Below are positions 1 through 8,140 of a stretch of 38,246 nucleotides of DNA, piece by piece. The notes beneath the pieces are model-generated. The model saw only the letters and a list, made by a program, of their open reading frames with translations. It was not told the origin of the DNA and did not search any database. The stretch is from an uncultured Salinivenus sp. (lineage in GTDB: Bacteria; Bacteroidota; Rhodothermia; Rhodothermales; Salinibacteraceae), in contig CAZMDV010000001.1 of NCBI GenBank assembly GCA_964564875.1, forward strand, positions 1 to 38,246, read 5' to 3'. Made by a program: the position numbers and the translations under genes. Position 1 is the stretch's first letter; each line of letters begins with the position of its first letter.

Positions 1-189
1 CAGCACTGACGCACCGTTCTGAACTCAGTCTAGGATCTCTCCTCGACCACGGCTTGGCGCGCACGCACATGTATCTCGGAAGTGGGTTCCTCACTGGAAG
101 GATCCAACTCACAAACGCAAAAAGACGTTCTGGGCTGGGGATCCGACCCCTCTCGGACGTCGACCGGGGGGCAAGGTTCTGCCCCAAGG

Positions 190-426
190 CTAATCGCGGA
201 GGAGGGCGCCAACGAAAACCCCGACCGCAAATGCCCCGAGCATCGAGGCCTTCTGATGACGCTGGACCCAGAGGCGGGCCATATCGAGGGCAAAGGACGG
301 GGATGGGGCGTCTTCCCTCTGGGCATCACTCTCTGCCCCGAAGGACGGGGCATCAGGCCCTTCGACAGAGGGCGAGGGCGGTGGCACAGGATCGCTGGAA
401 TCCGGATCGGGAGGATTGTTGGCCAT
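190..426 (-). CDS. Small tail-anchored membrane protein (ElaB/YqjD/DUF883-like C-terminus)
   Basis: 78 aa ORF with an ATG start, an acidic Pro-rich N-terminus and a single C-terminal hydrophobic helix (WVQRHQKASMLGAFAVGVFVGALLRD) resembling the ElaB/YqjD tail. Confidence 0.65.
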   Translation of the reverse strand: MANNPPDPDSSDPVPPPSPSVEGPDAPSFGAESDAQREDAPSPSFALDMARLWVQRHQKASMLGAFAVGVFVGALLRD

Positions 427-597
427 GGATGCGTAGAGCGTTGGGGTGTGGGGATTTGTATGCGGGGGGTCGGCACCAACCGGACGAGCCCGTCCGCTGA
501 TCTTTCCTTCGCGAAGCGGTCGAACCGCCTGTGGTTCGCGCCGTAGGAGAGAAGTCCGCGCGCGAAGCTAATCTTTGCACGACCTCGTCGTTTGGAT

Positions 598-3500
598 ATG
601 ACTCTCACCTCCCCGAAGATGGTTCCCCACTGGTGCCGATTTCTTCTCCTTTGTGCGCTTCTTTTGGGGACAGGGCTCTCGTCCGCGCACGCACAGCGAG
701 AGGCCATGCGTCCGGAGCGGGCGTTCGCCTCGGCGGTGGAGGTGTATGAGCAGCAGCTCTACGCGGAGGCCGCCTCGGCACTGTCTGCGCTCCGTGCGGC
801 CCATCCCACCCACATTACGGCCCCCCAGTCGCTGTACCTGGAGGCACGGGCGGCCCTCGCTCAAGGAAACGACGCACAAACCCGGCGGCTCCTCGATCAG
901 CTTCAGGGCGAATATCCGTCGCACCCGCGCGCCGAAACCGCTAAGCTGGGCCTGGCTCAGTACTACCTGGATCAAGGCCAGCCTCAGAAGGCCAAGCGGC
1001 AGCTTCAGGCGACCGCGACGGCCCCAAGCAACCCGACCGAGGGGGCACGGGCCCTCTACCTCCTTGGCCGCACCGAACAGGAACAGGGCAACCTGAACGC
1101 GGCCCTTCCCTACTTTAAACAGGTCTACACGCGCTATCCCAATGCCAAGCTGGCTCCGGCGGCCCTCTATGCCCGAGGCGCCACCCAGGTCCGACAGACA
1201 CGGTACGACCAGGCCCGGGCGACCTTCGAGCGCCTCGGCGAACAGTTTCCGGGCTCGCCGTTCTCCAGAAATCTCGGGACCATTCTGGGGGAGGTCTACT
1301 ATCGCGTGGGCCAGTACGAAAAGGCCGTAACCGAGCTTCAGCAACGCCTTCCGGATCTGCAGGAGACGGAGCGGACGCGGGCGCTGTTCTTGCTCGGAGA
1401 AGCTTACAGTCAACAGGGGCGGAGCGAGGCAGCCATGACCCAGTATCGTCGAGTTCTGGAGGAGGCCCCCAACAGCTCGTATGCTCCTCCGGCCCGCTAC
1501 GGCCTCGCCTGGCGGCACTACGCGTCGGACCAGCACGAAGCCGCTGCGGAGGCGTTTTCGAAGGTCCGCTCGGCGGACGGGCCGCTCACCACCACGGCCA
1601 CGTACTACGAAGCCGTAAACCGGGCCCTGCACGGCGACTCAGCCCGGGCGCTGGAGGTGTACCGGTCGTTTTTGGAGAACGCAGAAGACGAGCGCCTCGT
1701 CGCGGAGGCCCGGTACGAGGTGGGACTTCTCCGCTACCAGCAGAAGCGCTACGAAGCGGCCGCAGCGGACTTCCGGGTCCTCACCCAGGGCTCTGCGCCG
1801 GAGGAACGGCGGGGTGACGCCTACTACTGGCTCGGGAATGCCTACCTGGCCAGCGGCCAGCTCGACCGGGCGCTGAAGGCCTACACTCGGGCCATCGAAC
1901 ATGGGGCGGCGCCCGCGTCGGCAAAAGTGGAGGTCCGCTTTCAGAAGGCCTGGACCCTGTATCAAAACGGACAATACGCCGAGGCCGGGTCTATCTTTCA
2001 GTCCCTCGCCGAGCGCCATCCCGAAACCGAGCGTGGTCAGGACGCGCTTTTTTGGGGAGGCGACACCTTTTACCAGCAAGACCAATATGATCGTGCCCGC
2101 TCCCTCTTCCAGCAGTATCTCGACACCGAACCTACGGGGCCGCGGCGCACTGGCGCCCAATACGCCCTCGCCTGGCTCCACTTCAAGCAACGGCGCTTCG
2201 AACCCGCAGCTCGTCTGTTTCAACAGTTTTTGGCGGCCGACCGCAAGCGTCCGGACACCGACATTCCGTACCGCCAGGACGCACGACTGCGCCTGGCTGA
2301 CTGTTACTTCGCCCTCAAGCGCTACGACGACGCGATCGCGGCGTACGAGCAGGCCCGCGGCGACGGGGCCGCCTACGCCCAGTACCAGGCCGGCAAGGCC
2401 CTCTACTTTGCCGACCGCCCGGCCGATGCGCTCGACCGGCTTCGGCGCTTTGCCGAGCGCTACCCCAACAGTGCCCGGCGGCCCGACGCGCTGTACCGCA
2501 TCGGGGACATCCACTTCCAACAGCAGCGCTACGAAGACGCGCGGACAGCCTTCCAGCGCCTGCTGGACGAGTATCCCGATCACGGACGGGCGGCGCAAGC
2601 CCAGTACGCCATCGGGGACACATATTACAACGCAGGCCAGATGCAGGAAGCTGTGCAGGCCTACCGGACTGTTCTGGAAACCTACCCGGAGAGCCCGTCC
2701 ACCAGTGAGGCCGCCTCGAGCCTCTTCTTTGCCCTCAATGCGGCCGGCCAGCAAGACCGGGCAGAGGACCTGATCGAGTCAATTGCGGAGAGCGCTCCGG
2801 ACGCCGGCCTCGGCGACCGGCTCCGGTACCACCGGGCTCGGGCTGCTTACCAGCGGGGAGCGTCGGAGCGCGCCCTCAAGCTCTTCCGCACCTTTGTGCG
2901 AACGGCCTCCACCACCCCCCTCGTCCCGGACGCGTACTACTACCTCGGACTCCTCTACGCCGACCTTGATCAAGATACCGAGGCCGAAAATTACCTGCGG
3001 CAGCTTAAGGAGCAATACCCGGACAGTGACTACCACGCCGAGGGCAGCCTTCGGCTGGGCGAAATATACCTCGATCAAGGTGCGTACGAGAAGGCCATCG
3101 ACGCCTACCGCACCGCCGCCGAGAATGAGCAAATCTCCGACGAGCTGCGGGCACAGGCACGATATGGGCAAGGCAAGGCCCTCCTCCAACTGGGGCGCCC
3201 CGACGAGGCCGAGGCCCTGTTTTCCCAAATTGTCGAGTCCGAGAACCGCGGCCCCCTTCAGGACGCGGCCCGCCTCGGACTCGCCCGCGTTCGGGAAAAT
3301 CAGGAGCGCCCGGCCGACGCCCTCAAGCTCTATCGGCGCGTGATTGAGTCCTCAGAGAGTGAAACCGGGGCCGAGGCTCTCTACCGACTTGGGCGACAGC
3401 TTCGCACCCAGGGCCAGCCCCAGTCGGCCATCCGCGAGCTAGAGCGCATGCCCTCTCTCTTCGCCGGCTACCCCGAGTGGGAGGCCCGGGCGATGCTCGA

Positions 3501-3639
3501 GCAGGCCCGGGCGTACCGCGGCCTCGGCGAGACCGGACAAGCCGTTCAGCTGTACGAGGAGGTTGCCGAGACCTACGCGGGCACTCCCTTCGCCGAGACA
3601 GCCCGGAACGAGAAGCAATCCCTCAAGCCCACGTCGTAG
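598..3639 (+). CDS. Large secreted/periplasmic tetratricopeptide-repeat protein (CpoB/BamD-like TPR units)
   Basis: About 1010 aa. N-terminal signal peptide (FLLLCALLLGTGLSSAHAQ) followed by TPR units along the whole length (e.g. YPNSARRPDALYRIGDIHF, YPDHGRAAQAQYAIGDTYY). First ATG is at 598; 619 is an alternative. Confidence 0.92.
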   Translation: MTLTSPKMVPHWCRFLLLCALLLGTGLSSAHAQREAMRPERAFASAVEVYEQQLYAEAASALSALRAAHPTHITAPQSLYLEARAALAQGNDAQTRRLLDQLQGEYPSHPRAETAKLGLAQYYLDQGQPQKAKRQLQATATAPSNPTEGARALYLLGRTEQEQGNLNAALPYFKQVYTRYPNAKLAPAALYARGATQVRQTRYDQARATFERLGEQFPGSPFSRNLGTILGEVYYRVGQYEKAVTELQQRLPDLQETERTRALFLLGEAYSQQGRSEAAMTQYRRVLEEAPNSSYAPPARYGLAWRHYASDQHEAAAEAFSKVRSADGPLTTTATYYEAVNRALHGDSARALEVYRSFLENAEDERLVAEARYEVGLLRYQQKRYEAAAADFRVLTQGSAPEERRGDAYYWLGNAYLASGQLDRALKAYTRAIEHGAAPASAKVEVRFQKAWTLYQNGQYAEAGSIFQSLAERHPETERGQDALFWGGDTFYQQDQYDRARSLFQQYLDTEPTGPRRTGAQYALAWLHFKQRRFEPAARLFQQFLAADRKRPDTDIPYRQDARLRLADCYFALKRYDDAIAAYEQARGDGAAYAQYQAGKALYFADRPADALDRLRRFAERYPNSARRPDALYRIGDIHFQQQRYEDARTAFQRLLDEYPDHGRAAQAQYAIGDTYYNAGQMQEAVQAYRTVLETYPESPSTSEAASSLFFALNAAGQQDRAEDLIESIAESAPDAGLGDRLRYHRARAAYQRGASERALKLFRTFVRTASTTPLVPDAYYYLGLLYADLDQDTEAENYLRQLKEQYPDSDYHAEGSLRLGEIYLDQGAYEKAIDAYRTAAENEQISDELRAQARYGQGKALLQLGRPDEAEALFSQIVESENRGPLQDAARLGLARVRENQERPADALKLYRRVIESSESETGAEALYRLGRQLRTQGQPQSAIRELERMPSLFAGYPEWEARAMLEQARAYRGLGETGQAVQLYEEVAETYAGTPFAETARNEKQSLKPTS

Positions 3640-3692
3640 TGTTCTCGCTCGCCAGTTCCCGGACGCCTCTCCTAACCCATATCCCCGCGTTC

Positions 3693-5387
3693 ATGCGCAC
3701 TCGTCGTTTCTACCTCCCGGTTCTCTTTCTCGTCGCCCTCCTCGTTGCCCCCTGCGCGCAGGGCCAACCGGCCGACACCACCCAGTTGCCCGAAATTGCG
3801 CCACGGGAAATCGAGATCCGCGGTGAGCGTCAGATTGCCCTGCCTTCGCTGGAGCGGCAGCCCCTTACCGGCTTTGCGTCTCCGTCCAAGGTGCCCGCCG
3901 TACCGTCCGACCACGAGCCGTACGTGGGCTCGTACGAGCAGCCCCTCAACGACCTGCCCGAGAGTCTCCCGGTCCCCGAAACGGTATCGGAGCCGATGCG
4001 GCCGACCGCCGAGTCCACGCAGGGATTTCTTGAGGGCGGCACCGGCCGCTACTTCCGGCGGTTCTTCGAGGGGCGCGTGGGGGTTCCGCTGTCCGCCACC
4101 GAGCGGCTCTCTGTCCATGGCACCTACACTGGGACGGAGGCGGACCCGGACGACGACGTGGCCGAGGCCCGCCTGCGGCTCGAAAGCAACCAGGACGCAG
4201 TGCGGATTGACGCACAGGCTTACGGGTCGGCGCAGCGCTACGCCCTGTTCGGTGCCACGCCGGACACCACTCAGGCCCCAGACCGGGAAGGCCTCTCGGC
4301 GGGCGGATCGGTGGGCCTCCAGAACAATGGCCGCATCGCCGCCAGCACCGCGCTGCATTACGACTACGCGCAGTACACCTCGGAGCTCGGGCCGGACGGT
4401 GACGACTCCGCGTTCGAGCAACAGCAGGTTGAGCTTCGCGGGGCCGTCACAGTCCCCTTCACGTACCGCCCGCACCTCGAGGCCACCTATCAGCGCTCTT
4501 GGCTCGGCGGGGACGCGCCGGACGACACCGCCTTTGACCTGACGGCGCGGGGCACCCTTTCGTTTTTCCAGACCAATGCGACGAGCGTCGAGGTGGGAGC
4601 AACGGGGCTCGCCTTCGACACGCCTGCTCAACCTACGTCCTCGAATATTGGGTCCGCAAGCGCCACGTTCATCGCGCCGTTCCTGTTGGCAGAATGGCGG
4701 TTCGCCGAGGGCGCGCGGCTGCACCTCCGCAACCAGCCCCGGCTCGGCGACACGTCCCTGGACCACCTTTACGCGACGAACCCGTACGCGCAGTTCGCCC
4801 CGTCCCTCCGCCCAACGCTCGAAACGACCAACGCCGAGGCCGGCCTGACGCTGACACGGAGCCTCGTGCGTGTCGTTGCCGCCGTCGGATACCGTTACGC
4901 CCCCACGTACCGATCCTTTGACCTCCCCGGCTCGGCACAGGGCAATTTTGACAACCTGTACCAGGTCCGCTACGACGCCGCCCGCATCCTACAGGGACGA
5001 GGCGAGATTGCCCTGCAAGGCATCGACGGCGTCCAGGCGTCGTTGAGCCTCGCGGTGCGGGACGGAACCCTGAAATCCCCGGGCATCGACATTCCCAACT
5101 TTGCCTCGGTAACGGCCAATGCCATGTTCGCCGTCTCCTTCGCTGGGGGCGACGGCTTCCTCAAGGCGCACGGGCATTTCGAGGGACCGCGGGACGCCGG
5201 TACGGGTCCGCAGGACCCGCGGCTCAGCTCCTACTTCTCCGCGGACCTCGAAGGCTCTTACACGCTGGGGCCGAGCTTGGAAATTGTGGCCCGGGCCGAA
5301 AACCTGTCGCCGGACGCCCCGACGCTGTGGGCGGCTTACCCCCATCCTCCCACCCAAATCTCGGTGGGGCTCCGCCTCCGGTGGTGA
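3693..5387 (+). CDS. Outer-membrane beta-barrel protein, TonB-dependent-receptor-like
   Basis: ATG at 3693 gives a signal peptide (MRTRRFYLPVLFLVALLVAPCAQG). Alternating amphipathic strands and a C-terminal barrel signature (ARAENL...QISVGLRLRW). Lies 53 nt downstream of the TPR gene on the same strand. Confidence 0.8.
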   Translation: MRTRRFYLPVLFLVALLVAPCAQGQPADTTQLPEIAPREIEIRGERQIALPSLERQPLTGFASPSKVPAVPSDHEPYVGSYEQPLNDLPESLPVPETVSEPMRPTAESTQGFLEGGTGRYFRRFFEGRVGVPLSATERLSVHGTYTGTEADPDDDVAEARLRLESNQDAVRIDAQAYGSAQRYALFGATPDTTQAPDREGLSAGGSVGLQNNGRIAASTALHYDYAQYTSELGPDGDDSAFEQQQVELRGAVTVPFTYRPHLEATYQRSWLGGDAPDDTAFDLTARGTLSFFQTNATSVEVGATGLAFDTPAQPTSSNIGSASATFIAPFLLAEWRFAEGARLHLRNQPRLGDTSLDHLYATNPYAQFAPSLRPTLETTNAEAGLTLTRSLVRVVAAVGYRYAPTYRSFDLPGSAQGNFDNLYQVRYDAARILQGRGEIALQGIDGVQASLSLAVRDGTLKSPGIDIPNFASVTANAMFAVSFAGGDGFLKAHGHFEGPRDAGTGPQDPRLSSYFSADLEGSYTLGPSLEIVARAENLSPDAPTLWAAYPHPPTQISVGLRLRW

Positions 5388-5696
5388 CTGGCCTGCGTCC
5401 CCTGCCCGAGGCAGTCCCCCTCGTCGCGTCTCCGAACCCCCGAATCCGCGAGCCTCAGGGAGACGGGGCACGATGCTTGGGGCTGTGGATCGGAAGGGCA
5501 GTGGGGGCCACAGGACCCAGAGACAAGACTCGGACAGGTGTTACGTTCCTCGTATTCCTCCCCAGCGGCGCCGAGACGCGAAAACCGCGCCCTTCGTGTG
5601 CGTTGGATCCAATCCGTCGACGATGATGCTCCCCACTTGAGAGGAGCAACGCGTCGGCGGCTCTGTCTGATGCATCCGCACACGATCCTACCTTAC

Positions 5697-7439
5697 ATGC
5701 CTGTTCCAACGACCGACGTTGTTTCTACGGACGTTGTGGTGATTGGCGCCGGGGGGGCGGGCCTCCGCACCAGCATCGAGCTGGCCAAGCACGACATCGA
5801 CTGTCTCGTCCTCGGCAAGCGGGCCCACGGAGATGCCCACACCATCTGGGCCGCAGGGGGCATCAACGCCTCCCTCGGCAGCCTCGACCCGGAAGACCGG
5901 TGGGAAATCCACGCCGCCGACACTCTTGACGAGGGGCACTTCGTCAACGACCCCATGGCCGTTGAGATGCTCTGCAAGCGGGCACCGGACCGCATCCGGG
6001 AGCTTGCCGAGTGGGGCATGGCCTTCGACCGCACCGACGACGGCAAGATCAACCAGCGCTACTTCGGCGCTCAGTCGTTCCGGCGCACCTGCTTCGTGGG
6101 CGACCGCACTGGGCAGGCCCTCATGGACACGCTCGTCCAGAAGGCAATGGACCTTGACGTTCCGTATCGCGAGAACCTTTACATCACGGACCTGGTGACG
6201 CAGGACGGGCGCGCGGCGGGCGCAGTCGGCTTTGACATGGACACGGGCCGTCCGGTGGCGTTTGACGCGGACGCGATCGTCATCGCGGCCGGCGGGCACA
6301 CGTCGCTCTACCGCCGCAGCTCCTCGCGGCCCGACGAGAACACCGGCGACGCGCAGGCGCTGGCCTTCCGCGCTGGGGTGCCGCTGCGCGACATGGAATT
6401 CGTGCAGTTCCACCCGACAGGCAAGGTGGCGCCGGCGTCAGAAGCCGGACACCTCGTCACGGAGGCGGTCCGCGGGGAAGGGGGGCGCCTCTACAACACC
6501 GAGGGCGAGCGCTTCATGGAGCGCTACTCGCCGGATCAGATGGAGCTGGACGCCCGCGACGTGGTGGCCCGCGCCAACGAACAGGAGATCCGCGAGGGGC
6601 GCGGCACCGACAACAACGCCGTGCTGCTCGACATTTCTCACCGCGACGACGAGTACATCCGCGAGCGACTGCCCCGCATGGTGGAGGAGTTCGACGAGCA
6701 CGGGGTCGACATTACCGAGGAGCCGATGGAGGTGGCGCCCACGGCCCACTACGCCATGGGTGGCATCGAGGTCGACTTCGAAACCGGACAAACCCGGATC
6801 GACGGGCTTTACGCAGTGGGCGAATGCACCGCTGGGGTCCACGGGGCCAACCGCCTTGGCGGCAACTCATTGATCGAGACGGTGGTCTTCGGCGAGGTCG
6901 CCGGCACCCACATCGCCGAGACGCTGGGCACCCGTCCGAGCGCCTCCTTGTCGGAGGTGGCCGTGCGAGACCGCGCGGTTGGCCAGGACGTTCTCACCAC
7001 GGCCAACGGCCGCCACACGCCGGAGGATCTGATGGGCCGCCTCCGGCGCCTGATGTGGAACCGCGCCGGCATCCTCCGCGACGAGGACGGGCTCCTGGAG
7101 GGCCTCCGTCAACTGCAGCAGCTGCAAGCCGACGCGGACGACCTGCAGGTACAGGCCAGCCGCACGAGCCGCCGCTACGAACGCGCCCAGAACCTACGCT
7201 TCATGCTCACGACGGCGGAGACGATCCTGCGCGGCGCCCTGGAGCGAACTGAGTCGCGGGGTGCCCACGCCCGCACCGACCACGACGCCAAGGACCGGGC
7301 CTGGCGCCAGAACATCCGCTGCTGCCCCACCGGCGACGGGGACATGGAGATTGAGGTGCAGGCGGCCGGCACACCGTCCCGCCGCGTGCAGCGAGCAGTA
7401 GATGAAGACCACGCACTTGATTATCATCACCTGGAGTAA
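5697..7439 (+). CDS. FAD-dependent oxidoreductase of the succinate dehydrogenase/fumarate reductase flavoprotein / L-aspartate oxidase family
   Basis: Rossmann motif VVVIGAGGAG, AHTIWAAGGINA, MEFVQFHPT, TEAVRGEGG, HYAMGG, GVHGANRLGGNSL and ESRGAH. Start is ATG 5697 (alternative 5670). Confidence 0.93.
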   Translation: MPVPTTDVVSTDVVVIGAGGAGLRTSIELAKHDIDCLVLGKRAHGDAHTIWAAGGINASLGSLDPEDRWEIHAADTLDEGHFVNDPMAVEMLCKRAPDRIRELAEWGMAFDRTDDGKINQRYFGAQSFRRTCFVGDRTGQALMDTLVQKAMDLDVPYRENLYITDLVTQDGRAAGAVGFDMDTGRPVAFDADAIVIAAGGHTSLYRRSSSRPDENTGDAQALAFRAGVPLRDMEFVQFHPTGKVAPASEAGHLVTEAVRGEGGRLYNTEGERFMERYSPDQMELDARDVVARANEQEIREGRGTDNNAVLLDISHRDDEYIRERLPRMVEEFDEHGVDITEEPMEVAPTAHYAMGGIEVDFETGQTRIDGLYAVGECTAGVHGANRLGGNSLIETVVFGEVAGTHIAETLGTRPSASLSEVAVRDRAVGQDVLTTANGRHTPEDLMGRLRRLMWNRAGILRDEDGLLEGLRQLQQLQADADDLQVQASRTSRRYERAQNLRFMLTTAETILRGALERTESRGAHARTDHDAKDRAWRQNIRCCPTGDGDMEIEVQAAGTPSRRVQRAVDEDHALDYHHLE

Positions 7440-7449
7440 GCCGCTCGCC

Positions 7450-8088
7450 ATGATTCCTCGCCCCTTTGATGCGCCGAGGAGCAGCTTTGGGAGACGACGC
7501 GCTCTCGTGCTGCTGATGGGCACCCTGCTTCTGGGCGGCGCGGCCATCCTGCGGACGGCCTCGGCTCAGTCAACCTCCACCGCCGCCCCGGACGCCGCGG
7601 AGCGCTGGCGCGCGCTCCAGAGCGAGGCAATCAATCCGGGAATCTTCTTCGCGAGTGTCGGGGCCGGTACCGGGGCTCACCTCGGAGACGAGCCCGCGGC
7701 CTGGCCCGAAACTGTGGGCGGCTACGCGGCGCGGGTGGGGTCCAGCGCAGGGGGAGAACTGCTGCAGATCGGCGGAACACATGCCCTGGCCGCCAGCCTG
7801 CGCCTTGACATCCGGTACCGCCCGCGTCGGCATGAGGGTATGGGCGACCGCCTCCGCCACGCCGTGCTGAGCCCCCTCCTGGCCCGGACGCCCAGCGGTG
7901 CCCGCGTGCCCAACCTGCCGAACGCCGCCGGCACCTACGCTGGGGCCCTCGCCCAGACACGTTGGGAGCAGGGCGAGTGGGCACCGCAAAACGCCCTCAC
8001 GAGCACCGCAGTCTCGCTCGGCTTCGACGTGGTGGTCAACCTCATTCGGGCGCTGACCGGCCCCTCGTCCGGAAACGAGGCGCTCTAA
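7450..8088 (+). CDS. Hypothetical exported/membrane protein
   Basis: ATG 10 nt after the flavoprotein stop. Signal-peptide-like RRRALVLLMGTLLLGGAAILRTASAQ, several Gly/Ala-rich hydrophobic segments and GC3-rich codons. Confidence 0.65.
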   Translation: MIPRPFDAPRSSFGRRRALVLLMGTLLLGGAAILRTASAQSTSTAAPDAAERWRALQSEAINPGIFFASVGAGTGAHLGDEPAAWPETVGGYAARVGSSAGGELLQIGGTHALAASLRLDIRYRPRRHEGMGDRLRHAVLSPLLARTPSGARVPNLPNAAGTYAGALAQTRWEQGEWAPQNALTSTAVSLGFDVVVNLIRALTGPSSGNEAL

Positions 8089-8140
8089 CGTTCGGTTAAC
8101 GTCGACTCGGCCCGTTCATGTGTTTATTCCGTCTGACTTA

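Noticed and set aside
1-189. Possible gene start or ORFs at the left edge
   Set aside because: Only low-complexity GC-driven ORFs are present, and there is not enough sequence to support a call.
568-579. TAATCTTTG upstream of the TPR gene as a Bacteroidota -7 promoter box (TAnnTTTG)
   Set aside because: The spacing is off by one, there is no clear -33 TTTG, and I do not know the promoter consensus for this lineage.
3477-3692. N-terminal extension of the barrel ORF, and similar extensions on the flavoprotein, nuclease, DCC, asd and folD ORFs
   Set aside because: They overlap neighbours or intergenic DNA. Downstream ATGs give proper signal peptides or family-typical N-termini.
8085-8106. Palindrome-like TAACGTTCGGTTAACGTCGAC upstream of the MoxR gene
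   Set aside because: Too short and imperfect to call an operator without comparative data.
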